Source: the human T2T-CHM13v2.0 reference genome, Homo sapiens. From it: a stretch of DNA of 64,000 bases. The notes below the pieces were generated by a model that was not told the origin of the DNA, did no database searches, and saw only the letters and a list, made by a program, of their open reading frames with translations. The stretch lies in assembly GCF_009914755.1 (NCBI RefSeq), contig NC_060944.1. One strand, 5' to 3'. This document shows positions 13,205 to 26,250 of this stretch, piece by piece. The translations under genes and the position numbers were made by a program. Positions within the stretch are counted from its first letter, which is position 1. Each line of letters starts with the position of its first letter.

Positions 13205-16006
13205 TTAAACTCTGCTGTGAGCTTGGGCCTCCTTTCCTGCCTGGTTGAATTTAAAAATACCATATAGACTGTGTGTACCTAAGATGCTTTTCCTACAAGA
13301 GCCTTAAAATTTTCATTTCTCTCTTTCTAGATATGCTGCCAAGAGAATTTTTTTCTTTAAGAACAAATAAACTAAAGAAATTAACATCCAGCTTGCTGAG
13401 TCACTTGCTTTCCACTTGAATTTTAACTACAAGGATCTGAAGACAGCCTGTGTTAGGCAGAGAAAGAAAGAGACAGAGAAAGAGTCAGGGAGAAGAGAGG
13501 AAGAGAGATGTAGCTGGAGAGTCAGGGAGAAATTCAAAGAGATGGAGAGAGAGACTGGTTCTGGAAAGAAAAGATAAGTTAAATAGAAAAAGGAAAGTAA
13601 TCTTTGAAAGGTTTGTTTAAGACATGTATTTTCTTACTCTGTAGTGGGAGCACTGAATAAAAATATTTAAATAAAAGCTGTAATGTGATTAAGGTTTGAG
13701 TTGGGGTTTAATCGTGGAAAGAGCAAGGTATTTAGAGTGAAAGATCTAACTTTTGTATTTATTTTTCATTTTTTAGTGTTTTCGCTTTTTTAATCCCAGG
13801 TCCTCTACCATTGACTATCTGATGTTAACAAAATCAGTTCGCTTTTGTGTCTTGGTTTCCTCATCTATGAAAAGGGAATAGAAAAACTTACCACATAAGT
13901 TGGTAGGGAAGACACAATTCTATAAAATATATTGGATGATCTGTGAAACCACCTGACACCAAAAGGGAATAATAAATTCCCTTCTCTCTTCTTTTTCTAC
14001 ACCATCTCTTTTTAATTCTACCAGAAAGTTCCTTTCTCTATGAGGCTTCTTGAAGACTGGCTGTATACAGGAAAACTGTATTTCTAATTCTGCTATTTAT
14101 TGGAATACTAGGTCAAGTTTTTCCTCCTTCTTATTCTATTTAATCTTCACAATAACCCTACATGAGTTTATCTTCATTTTACAGAGAAAACAGAGGCTTA
14201 CAGAGGTTAAAAAAAAATTCCCAAATCCACACAGATAGTCTTTTAGTAATCTATTGCCATAATAATACAGTATTGAAATTTCCCCCAAATTCGGCAGCTC
14301 ACAACAACCATTTTGTGTGACTCATCAACCTGTGGGTCAACTTGGCCGTTCTGCTGGTTGAAGCTGGCCTCAGCAGGACACACTCCTGCAACTATAGTCA
14401 TCTGGGCTTTGGCAAATCCCTTTAGTCTATAGCCAAAGAGCAATAAGTGAGCAGCAAGAAACTGAATAATCTCTGACCCTTTTATTAAATAAAATGCTGA
14501 TCTTGGGCCAGCTAACTAACCTTCCAGAACCCCATGCCAAGGCTTTCCTTTGGTCCAGTGCCTTAAACCCATGCAGTCCTGGGGTAGAGAAATGAGGAAG
14601 CCCATAATTCTGGCAGAAAGGCTGCCTCTCATTCCCAAATACCCCTGAGAGAGATGAATGATAGCAGGATGGAGCCTGCCAAGGGCACACAGACAGGGCA
14701 TACAGAATCGTCCAACCTCTCACCAATTCAAGGGCAGGGCAATTAAGAGGCCAGAACTCACCACAGCTAGAAATTATTTACGTTAATGCTTTAGCACAAT
14801 GTGGTCCACTAACCAGCAACATCAGCATCACATGGGAGTTTGTTAGCAATGTTGACTTTTGAACTCCATTCCAGACCCACTAAATCAGAATCTGAGAAGC
14901 ACAGGTTCAGCAAGAATCGCACCAGGAGTATACCACTGGAAAAGCATGTGTAGCCAGATTTACTGTATTAGATGAATTAACGCTTCAAGGCCCAGCACCT
15001 TACTGAGTTTCTGACCTCCCACCCAAGCACTCAATACTTTCCCCTGTCAATTGGCCCTGCTCTCTGGGATGAGTGCCTGGTATTTTTGCTTGCTCCGTAT
15101 GCATTTCCTTCTTGTTTGCCTCATTCTGATTTTTCCTTGAAAGGAGTTTCCTTCCCCACTCCTAGTCGATGTGTGTCAGGTTGACTTATCATGGCTTCTG
15201 GGAATGAATATATGACCCAGGTCTGACCAATAAAAAAAAGTAGGGATTTTGCTGGAACGATTGGAAAAGTGGCATGTTCTTTTCTGCTGTTGATGATAAT
15301 TGGCTGAGTCTATCTGAGAATGAAATCAACACAGAGATGATGAGAGATAAGTTCCTGATGACATTGTTTGAGCACCTAAATCCAGCCTTGCTTGAAACTA
15401 TAGATCTGATTCCAGATTTTTTAACTGCATACGCCAATACATTTCCTTTTATGCCTAAGTTATTGTGGTCTGGTTTCTATAATTTGCAAGCAAAATGGTC
15501 CTGGTCTGCAAAGCCACCCTATGTTGTAAGCTTGATGCCCCCCTCACAAGTTTTTGCCTCAACTTCCTGTCTCTCTTCTGTTTCCAATCACCTGTGACAG
15601 TCATTTTCCAATTTCCAAATTACGAAATTTTTACATATTATATTTGCTGTCATAACACAAGTGGGAATTGACCCCAGAGACTTGGGATAGACACAATTCT
15701 TCAATAACATAGAATAGGCCTGAAGTGCTCGGTTCTGTCTAGAAGCTCACTACTCAAATATATACTGTGGGGGAAAGTAACCGCCTGATGGTTAAAAGGC
15801 TGGCCCCGTATTTCCTCCTCTTCCTCAGTTTCCTCATTCATGAAATCAGCAGACATTTTGGAGATTTACTTCAGCCCAGACTTTCTAAGACACTCATAGT
15901 TAGGGGTTCCTGGTTTAAATAGATTGCGACAACTTAACATGCAGCTTAACATGAAACACAGATGGCAGAAAAATAAAAAGGTGCCTCTATCAGTTAGAAA
16001 GAAATT

Positions 16007-16318
16007 GGTTGGGCGCAGTGGCCCACGCCTGTAATCCCAGCACTTTGGGAGGCCGAGGCGGGTGGATCACCTGAGGTCAGGAGTTGGAGACGAGCCTGGC
16101 CAACATGGTGAAACCCCATCTCTACTAAAAGTACAAAAATTTGCCCGGTGTGGTGGTGGGCGCCTGTAATTCCAGCTACTCAGGAGGCTGAGGCAGGAGA
16201 ATCACTTGAATCCAGGAAGTGGAGGTTGCAGTGAGCCAAGATCATAGCACTGGACTCCAGCATGGGCGACAAGTGGGAGACTCCATCTCAAAAAAAAAAA
16301 AAAAGAAAGAAAGAAAAA
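16007..16318 (+). mobile_element. Full-length AluS
   Basis: Canonical Alu body with A/(GAAA)n tail. Confidence 0.97.
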
Positions 16319-16519
16319 GATTGGCTAGACCCTGTGTGTGGCATGACATCCTATTCCAACTAAACACAATGTTCTATTTTACAAATAAGAAAACAAGCTA
16401 AGAGAAGTTAATTGGTTTTCAAAAAGTCACACAGTACAGACATAGCAGAGGAAGAATGAGAACCTACAGCAGAGTTGAGAAGGTTCAACAGAATAACGGG
16501 TCATGTTTGGGCACTTGTA

Positions 16520-16725
16520 TTCTGGAGCTGGCACCTGGGTCCTGGCACTTATTAGCTGAATGTCCTTGGGTAAGATATTTAACTGCCCTGTGTCTCAGTT
16601 TACTCATTTGTTCAATGGGCATTATAATAGTATAAACATCAGAAAGTTGTAGGGGGTTAAATCTCTAAAGTGTTTAGAATGCTTGCAACTTATAACATTT
16701 TATATGTGTGTTTATTAAATAAATA
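16520..16725 (+). mobile_element. MIR SINE
   Basis: MIR core CACTTATTAGCTGAATGTCCTTGGGTAAG...CTCAGTTTACTCATTTG. Confidence 0.75.
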
Positions 16726-17119
16726 AAAATAAATCTGACTTCATGTCCAAAGTATATTTTTCATACCCTGCAGCTGTCCTGTACCAGAAATATCTCTTCC
16801 CACAAGATCTCTTTAACGACCTGGCAATGTGTGTAAAACCTCACCTTACTCAATTCTTAAAATTACTCTGATTTTCTAGCTTGGTGAGAAGTCTCTAAAT
16901 GCTTACTATGAATTAGTTACCTGATAATCTATCCTTAGTAGAAGCTATCTGCCGCAGCAGATTAGGTCACTAGGGCTTCTTGAAGGGAGAAAGGAATTAG
17001 AAAAAAAGCATCGAGTGGATGGAAAGAACCAGAAAGAAACAAACAAGGCAACACCTATTAGTTTATTCATGGTTGACCCAAGGAATAGATTGAAATACCA
17101 GATGCACCTGAAAAATAAT

Positions 17120-17413
17120 TTTTTCTCACTCTGGCACCCAAGCTGGAGTGCAGTGGGCTGGGTGGAGGGGGGAGGTCATGGTTCACTCCAGCGTCAACCT
17201 CCCCAGCTCAAGCGGTCCTCCCACTCAGCTTCCCAGGTAGCAGGGACCACAGGCATGTGCCACCACACTTGGCTACTTTTTTAAAAAAATTTTTGGTAGA
17301 GACAGGATCTGACTGTGTTCCCTAGGCTAGTTTCAAACTCCTAGACTCAAGCAATCCTCCCGTTCGGCCTTCCAAATTGTTGGAATTACAGTTGTTAATC
17401 ACTGCACCTGGCC
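17120..17413 (-). mobile_element. AluJ with a small G-rich insertion
   Basis: Reverse-complement Alu; GGCTGGGTGGAGGGGGGAGG interrupts the consensus near 17157-17176. Confidence 0.9.
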
Positions 17414-17504
17414 TGATTTTTTAATTATCAAATCATGTTCAGAACTCACTTCAATCCAATTAACTGAGGATTTCTGGAAAGGTTACCCAGGCATCAGTAT
17501 TTTT

Positions 17505-20110
17505 TCACTGTGATAAAATACATATAAAATGTACTATAATAATTTACTTTAATAATTGTCTTGACAATTTTTAAGTGTAGAGTTCTATGGAATTGAGTAC
17601 ATTCACATGGCTGTGCAACCATCACCACCATCCATCTCTAGAACTCTTTTCATCTTGCAAAACTTAAATGCTGTGCCCGTTGAACAATAACTTTCTCTTT
17701 TCTCCATCTTCACCCTGACAACCACTATTTTACTTTCTGTCCCTATGAATTTCACTACTCTAGGTACTTCACGTAAGTGAAATCAAACAATATTTGTACT
17801 TATGTGACTTGCTTATTTCACTTAGCATAGTATCCTCAAGGTTCATCCACGTTGTAGTATGTGTCCAAGTTTTCTTCCTTTTTAAGGTGGAAAATATTGC
17901 ATTTTATGTATATGAATTTTACATATCCATGCCTCCATCGATGGACACTTGGGTTGTTTCCCTCTTTGGCTATTGTGAATAATACTGCTATGAACACGGT
18001 GGGCAACTCCCTCTTCTAAACCTTGCTTTCAATTCTTTTGGATATATACCCAGAAGTGGAACTGCTGGATTATATGGCAAATTATTTTTAATTTTTCAAG
18101 GATACATCTTACTGTTTTCTATAGTAACTACCATTTTACACTGCCACCAGCAATGCACAGGAGTTCCAATATCACTACATTTCTTTCAATACTTGTTATT
18201 TTCAGGTTTTTTTCTTAGTATCTATTCTAAGGGGTGTGAGGTGGCTTCTCATTGTGGTTTTGATTTGCATTTCTCCAATGATTAGTGATATTGGACATCT
18301 TTTCATGTGCATATTGGCCATTTGTATATCTTTTAGGAAAAATATCAGTTCCAATACTTCGCCCATTTTTGAGATGGGTTGTGTGGTTGTTGTTGAATTA
18401 TAGCTTTTTATGAATTCTGTATATTAATTCTTTATCAGATATGCTATTTGCAAATATTTTCTTCCATTTTGTGGGTTGTCTTTTCACTCTATTAATTATT
18501 TCCTTTGATGCCGAGAGATTTTTATTTTTGATGTAGTCCAACTTACTTTTTTTTCTTTTGTTGCCTGTGCCTTTGGTATTTCCACTTTTTTGGCTATTGG
18601 ACATAATGCTGCTATGAACATTTATGTACAGGATTTTTTTGATGGATATGTGTTTTCAGTTCTCTTGGGTTTATGCCTAGAAGTAGAACTGCTGCATCAT
18701 ATGGTAGCTCTGTGTTTAAGTTTCTGAGGAACTGCAAAAATGTTTCCAAAGTGGCTACACCATCTTATACCTTACCAACAATAGATAAGTGTTATATATT
18801 CTCCACATCTTTACCAACACTTGCTATTTTTCATCTTTTAGATTAGAGATATCTTGGGGATGTGAAGCAGTATCTCCTTGTGGTTTTGATTTGCATTTCC
18901 CTAATGACTGATCATGTCAAGCATTTTTCATGTGTTTATTAGCCATTTGTAATCTGCTTTAGAAAAATAATTCTTAAATTTTTTTCTCATTTTTAAGTTG
19001 TGTTGTCTTTTTATTGAGTTGTAAAGGTCCTTTAAATACTCTGCATAGAAGTCCTTTATCAGATATATGATCTGCAAATATTATTTTCCTTTTTGCTTTT
19101 TGCCTTTTCATTTGTAAAATTGTATCTTTAGAAACACATTTAACTTTTTTTTATTTTGAGGAAGTCAAATTTATAATTTGCTGTCATTTGTATTTTGGTG
19201 TTCAATGCCTGATCCAGGGTCATAAAAATGTGCACATATGTTTTATGCTAAGATTTTTATAGTTTTAGCTCTTAAGGTTTTGATCAATTTTGAGTTAACT
19301 TTTTTCTATGATATGAGGAACTGGGCCAACCTCATTCTTTTGCAAATGAACCTCATTCTTTTGCATATTTTGCAGTTTTCTGAGCATCATTTGTTGAAAA
19401 TACTGCCCTTTCCCCATTGGTCTTGGAGCCTTTGTCAAAAATGATTTGACCATACTATATGCAAGCATTTATTTCTGGACCCTCTATTCTATTCCATTGG
19501 TCTGACTTTATGCCAATACTACACTGCCTTGATTATGAAGCTTCATTGTAAGTTTTGAAATCAGGAAATCTGAAACTGCAACTTTATTCTTCTTTTTCAA
19601 TATCATTTTGGTTATTTAGAATCCCTTGAGATTCTATATGAATTTTAGAGGGATTTTTCTATTTCTGAAAAAAAATGTCAATGAGATTTTGATAGGAATT
19701 GCATTGAACCTATAGATCACTTCGGGTAAGTTAGTTTTTCTATATGGTGTGAGAAACAGATACGCCATTTTTTTGCATGTGGATATCCAATTCTTGCAGC
19801 ACCATTTGTTAAAAATACTATTTTTTTCCACATTGAATTCTGTTGTCACCCTTGTCAAAAATAAATTAATCATAAATGAAAGGGTTACTTCTGGACATTT
19901 AATCTGATCCCAGTTATTTGTTTTTATGTTGGTGTCGTAAAGTCTTTATTACTATACCTTTGTATTAAGTATGGAAATGCGGAAGTGTGACTCTTCCAAC
20001 TTTGTTCTTCTTTTTCAAGATTTTTTGGCTATTCTGGGTTACTTGCATTGCTATATAAATTTTAGAACCATACTGTTTATTTTCCCAAAAACATTTCTGG
20101 GTTTTTCAGT
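17505..20110 (-). mobile_element. Old L1 (L1M-type) ORF2 C-terminal/3'UTR fragments, three staggered pieces
   Basis: Minus-strand ORFs give ORF2p-like peptides (KEIINRVKRQPTKWKKIFANSISDKELIYRI; [17 protein letters not shown]; [15 protein letters not shown]), with many stops. Confidence 0.92.
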
Positions 20111-20112
20111 AA

Positions 20113-20263
20113 AGTTTTTGTTTTGTTTTGTTTTGTTTGTTTGTTTGGAGATGATGTCTCGCTATGTTGCCCAGGCTGGGCTTGAACTCCGGGACTCAAG
20201 GGATCCTCCCACCTCAGCCTCTTGAGTAGCTGAGATTACAAAGGTGAGCCACTGTGCATAGCT
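20113..20263 (-). mobile_element. Alu monomer (FLAM-like) with (TTTTG)n tail
   Basis: GAGATGATGTCTCGCTATGTTGCCCAGGCTGG...GTGAGCCACTGTGC. Confidence 0.88.
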
Positions 20264-20279
20264 GGGAAGTACAATTAAT

Positions 20280-22870
20280 GTGATAAGTTTTTAAAATCTA
20301 GTTCAAATTAATACAAACTTGATTTTGATAGTACACCAAAACTTTGCTCTGACATAGCTCTATTCCCTCCTCCCTCCTTGGTGCTTTTATTTTCATACAA
20401 ATTACATCTGTATACATTATAAACTCATCAACATAGTTTTACAATTATTGCTTTATGTAATTTCGATCAGATAGGAGAAGAAAAAAATACAAACCAAAAT
20501 AACACAATAAAGCTGGCTTTTATATTTCTCTTTGTACCTACCTTTACCAGTACTCTTTATTGTTTTATGTGGATTTGAGTCACTGTCCAGTCTCTCCATT
20601 TCAGCTGAGGCACTTCCTTTAGTACTTACAGGGAAGGTCTGTTAGCAACAAATTATTTTAGTTATTGTTGCTGTTTTCCTTCCTTTTGAAGGATAATTTT
20701 GTTGAATATAGACTTCTTGGTTGAATGTCTTTTTCTTTCAGTACTTTAAATATGAGCATGTCATCCCACTGTCTCTGTGGTTTCTAATGAGAATCTTAAT
20801 CTTATTAAGGATCCCTTGGACATAATGAGCCATTTTTCTCTTTCTGCCTTCAGTATTTTCCCTCCATGACTTTTAGTTTTGATTGTAATGCACACAGATG
20901 TTGATCTCCTTAAGTTATCCTACTGGAGTTTGTTGAGCTTCTTGGGTGTTTAGATTAATGTTATTCCTCAAAATTTTGTTAGTTTTGGCCATTACATCTT
21001 CACATGTTCTATTTACCCATTTCTCTCATCTCCTTTTGGTTTTCCTTTATGCTGACTTGGTATGCTTGATGATGTCTCACTGATCTCTGAGGCTTCATTA
21101 GCTTTTGTTCATTCTTTTTCCATTTTGCTCAGACTGAATCATCTCAATTGATTTATCTTTGAAATTGCTTGTTCTTTATTCTGCCACCTCCAATATGTTA
21201 CGGTGCTTCTCTAATGAATTTTTTTATTTCAGTTATGATATTTTTCAACTTCGAAATTTTTATTTGATTATTTACAATACCTATTTATTTATTGATATGC
21301 TCTATTTTGTGAGACATCTTTCCCATATTTCCCTTTAGTTCATTGGACATGGGCTAGTTCATTAGTTCTTTAACACATTTATAAGAGCTGATTTTAAGTC
21401 CTTGTCCAGAAACTCTAATGCCTAGGTATCCTCAGGGACAGGTTCTCTTGACTGTTTTTCTCCTGCATATGGGCCACATTTGTTTGTATGTCTTAATATT
21501 TAGTTAAGAACTACACATTTTAAATAATATAATGCGGCAATTCTGGAAATCAGATTTCTACCTTCATCCCACAGCATTTGTTACTGTTGCTATTTGTTAC
21601 TACTGTTGTTACTGTCCCTAGTAACAATTTTTGTCTTAAATTCTATTTTGCCTGATATCCACTTTATCCAATTCTCTTTGATTATTTGCATTGTATATAT
21701 ATTTCATCTTTTTTTTTTTCAATCTATTTGGGGGAGTTTTGTTTGATTGTTGAGTGATTTTGCTGAACTACTTTGGTAAGTCTTCTTTATTGTGTATGGC
21801 CCTGAAGTCTCTACTCAGCTAATTTAATGTTCAGCTCATGTTTGGACAGAGATTTCCCTAAATACCTTGCACCAATAAGGCTCACAGTCTTTGCTGAGAA
21901 GTTCTGTGTATGTATTTTTTGGAGTACTCTTTCAATGCTCCACCAGGCAGGTTACAAAGCTGCCTTAGTCTTTGCTTCCTGATGATGCAGTCTCAGGTTA
22001 TGGAGAGGTGAGAGAAGAGGGCCTTCTCAGATTTGGGGCATGCACCCAGCTTTCTGCATGTGCATGGCTTTCTAGATTCCCAGAAATACGTGAGAACTTT
22101 TGAAAACACCCTATGAACATCTCAGTTTCCAGCATTTCCTGTTATGATTTTTGGTCAACTTCTTATTTGTCCCAGCTGTTACCACTGCCTCAGGCAGCTG
22201 CTATGTGAAACATTTGATGCTGATTGTTTTTGACTAATGCTTTGGGGAGATAATGTTTATACTATGTGAGTTCTAAGTTACCTCAAATAAAGATAAGCTT
22301 CAAGCGTGGTAGTTTTTAGGGAACTTTTTATTTTTTATTTTTACTTTTTTTCTTTCCAACTTCTATTTAAGATTCAGGGGGTACCTGTGTAGGTTTGTTG
22401 CATGAGTAAATTGCATGTCATGGGGGTTTGAGGTATGGATTATTTTGTCACCAAGGTAATGAGCATTGTACCCAATAGGTAGTTTTTTGATCCTCACCTT
22501 CAGGAAATTTTCAGACAAGTTAAATAGTGACAATTCTCTCTGGATGGGATTCTGGGGAGCTCCAAATCAATTCTGTTACCCTCCAAATGGCATGTAGGTC
22601 CCTGGTTTTCAAGGTTGCTATAAAGCTGCAGAAAGGGGAATGGCAATAGGGCAAGTTAAATGCCACAAAGTTTCTTGTTCTTACCCAAAATGTAGACATT
22701 TTTCTTGAATAAATGCTCCTCAGATTGTTGCAAGCCTTTGGTTAATTTCCAGATTTCTAAACAAAAAAATTATTTTAACAATTTTTGCTAGTGTTCTTGT
22801 TGCTTTTATGAAGGAATAGATTTTCAGAGGTCCTTATTCAACCATCCCCAAAGTGGCTCTTTCATAATCA
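20280..22870 (-). mobile_element. Old L1 5'/ORF1-region fragments with a nested younger L1 3'-end piece at about 22327-22500
   Basis: T-rich L1 antisense motifs (TCTTTTTCTTTCAGTACTTTAAATATG; GTTTGTTGAGCTTCTTGG); nested GTAGGTTTGTTGCATGAGTAAATTGCATGTC. Confidence 0.7.
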
Positions 22871-24899
22871 TAATTTTATTATTAAAATGTTGGCTCCAAC
22901 AGACCTCCTGACCAGATGTCAGCTCTCATGTCTCATATTTCCATTTTAATCTCAGTATCTTTCCTTAACATTGCCTAGAAAAACACAGGGGTTAAAAATA
23001 CATTTCAAGGAATCTTTCTTTTCTCCACTTTAAAAATCAATACCGTTTTGTTATACTGAATAAGAAAGGTTATGGAGTTTCCAAAGCATTATAGGAGAGG
23101 ACATTGAAGACAGAATTTTGCAGCCCACCCAAACCAGGAGAGCTTGCATAAAAGCTTTTTGAAATAATTTTGTTACTGCCATTCTTTTAAAGAAGAGTAA
23201 CACATTCACAGGAAAACAATAATGAAGATTGTTTAAATAAAATAAAATCTTTTTGCATCTTACTCATTATCCTTCCCAAAAGTAACCATCTTTAAATACT
23301 TCCTCTTCAAGTTATCTTTGGTGTTTCCAACCTTAATTTTAAATAATATCTTTTTATTTCTTGATTTACCAATTTTAAATAATATATAAACATCCTTTAT
23401 GAAAAAACTGAGAACGTTATCTTGTTGGCTCTGTCTCCCTTATTACAACCACTGAACTTTGGTACTTCTATTACTTTTTGGGTTTCTGTTGGCTAACTTT
23501 AAAATAATACATATAACTTTATATATGATTATACCATCAGTAAACTTTATTTTTCCTTTTATGAACTTTATACTGATTATTTTAATCCTTTACCATATAA
23601 AATGAGTAAATTGCGGTGTCTGCATTATAAAGTCTCTTTACATTGCCCCTCCTAAGCCCTCTCCTTTACTTCCCACATCTGACAGCTCTCTCACTACTTC
23701 TATATGTTAGGTCCCATAATATTCAGATTCTGTTTGGTAAATATTAAGTCATTTATTCTTGGTCTACAGTTTAATTTAAACTTCAAAGATCAAAAAAGAG
23801 CATTTACAGCTTATGATTATATAGATAGTATTTATTGCAGAACCAGGTAGGGTGGTAAAACTTTAAAGAAAAAATGTCTCTGTGGCACTAAATTTTCACA
23901 CCAAAAAAGAAAAAAAAATTGAAGATAAAGGACAAATAAAAAATATTTCCTTAAACGCCATCAAAAAATGCTCAAAATTGTGTCGTATAATTGACTTCAG
24001 ATTTGAACCAAAAATATATGATATAGCTTTTGTTTTTCCTGTCATTATAGGGGCATTTTCTTGTTATTACTGATAGGAGATATTTATGCCATTGTCTGGT
24101 TAATACTATAATTAGCTTTTAAACTATACTATTTGTCAAACTAATTTTACTCTGATTTATTACCGTATCTGTTTCCTAGCTTTGGTCCTAGGAAAAAAAT
24201 GCTACCTTAGTTCTAATATTTCCTAAGTTCCTGGTCTTCCTCCTTTGCATAGATTCCTTTGTGAGTTGTATTGTTAAGGTAAAATCCTTAGAAAATATTT
24301 TTATTTGCAAAAAATGTTCATGGGAGGTAATTGTCCTGAGTCTGTCCACATCACATCTAGAAATGTTTTCATTTTGCCCTTCGCTCTTTATTAATATTCT
24401 GGCTTAATATAGACTTATAGATGGAGATTTATTTTTCTTGCTGTATTTGAAGACCTGTTCCATTGACTCCTACCACCTGAATTTGTTTTGAGAAGTCCAA
24501 TTTTGCTGTAATTCTTCCTCCTTTGTAGGCGACCACCTCTTTCTTCTCTATGAAGCTTGTAAGAGCTTCTTTAGGGAAAGTGGGAAAATATGCAAAAAAA
24601 AAGAAGCATACTCATTATGTGGTACTACTTACAGTGAACAATATTTACCTAGATATATTCATGGCAGAGTGACTATTTAACACACAGTTGTGTTATTGAC
24701 AGGATGGGGAGAAGAAACAAGGGTGATGTAAGAGAGCCTCATTATTAGGAAGTCAACTGATGTCTATTTTATAAATCAAGAATTAGCAATGTCTGCATAT
24801 TATTTGGAAACAAAAAAGAAATTAACCAAAGCAAATGCAAATGCCATTGAAAACCATTGCCTCTGGGAAATATAATATAGATGTAGCTATAAACACATA

Positions 24900-26250
24900 T
24901 ATAATGTCAACAGGAGAAAAGTGCTATGAAGAAAAATAGTGCAGGGTAAAATAATTTTAAAAAATAGAGGTTAGCAACTTTAGCGAGTTTAGATTGTCAG
25001 AGAAGGCTCCTTTGTAAATGTGGCATTTGAGGAGATGAGACATGAGACGATCTGGGGGAGGCTATTTCAGGTAGAAACACTAACTAGTGCAAAGGTCTTG
25101 AGATAGGAGTGTGCTTGGTTGTTCAACGGACAGCAAGAAGGCCAACGTGATTGGAATGGAGAGGTGCTGGGAAATGAGTTCGGAAAGGTGGCCAGGAGCA
25201 TGATCTTGTAGAGTAAAGGAAGAACTTCTAAGTGTGATGGGTGACATTGAAAGTTTTAGAGAAAGGAAATATGATCAGATTTGTCTTTTAAAAGTATCAC
25301 TGCAGCAGCTATGTAGAGGAGATACAGGTGCTAGAAGACAAATTAAGAGGCTACTGTAATATCCCAAGAGAGAAATGATGGCGACTTAAACTAAGGTGGT
25401 ATCCGCGGAGGTGCTGAGGAGTAGTTGGATTTGAAAAGTATTTTGACAATAGAGCAACAAGTGTTATTTATTATGTGTGAATGTAAAAAATATCCTTGAA
25501 ATAATATAAGATTTTCATCCTCAGGGACTAGGAATGTCAATGCCGTTCGCTAATATGGAGAACTAAGATGAAGGGAGCCTCTTGAAGTTAAAAAATCTGA
25601 AATCTGCTTTGGATATGCTAAGTTAGATGTCCATATTTGCCTTATGCTTAAGTACAGATATTGAGTAGAAACTTGTGCATACATGATGCAGTCCAGGAGC
25701 AAAATTAGGGCTGAATATGTAACATAAAAGCATCAACACATAGACACTACCCAAGGCCTTGGAAATGGATACACTTACCAGGGAATGATTATGTAGAGAG
25801 GAGAGAAGTTCCAAGTCTTGAACGCTCGGAGTTGAGAAAATGAAAGCAAAGCCAGCAAAGGAGAGTGAAAATAAGATGCTTGTGAGTATACTAGTTTGGA
25901 AGATGGGACATCATGAGAAAATGTTAATTAAGAATGTAAGAGGCGAAGTAGATTCTTGCAGAGTATGGAACCAACTTATGCATATATATGTTCAGTTTGA
26001 GGTGCCTTTGATTCAGCCAGATAAGAGTGTTCATTAAGAAGCTAGGAATATGACTTTGAAGCTCACAAGAGTGAGTGAGACTGGCAATAGGAAATTAAAA
26101 GTCAAATATATAAAAAGATGGTTAAACTCAAGGGTATGAAATCAGATTTTTTGAAGACAACATATGAAGGAAGATATAGAACACTGAGTCTCTTGAGGTA
26201 CCATGGTCAGTAGAGAAGGCTGAAAGACCAATCAGAATTCTGCATTTTCT
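24900..26250 (-). mobile_element. L2 LINE
   Basis: Purine-rich antisense L2 motifs (GAGGCTACTGTAATATCCCAAGAGAGAAATGATGG). Confidence 0.7.

Noticed and set aside
18398-19873. L1 ORF2-like peptides
   Set aside because: Short, stop-riddled fragments of ancient L1; not a functional reverse transcriptase
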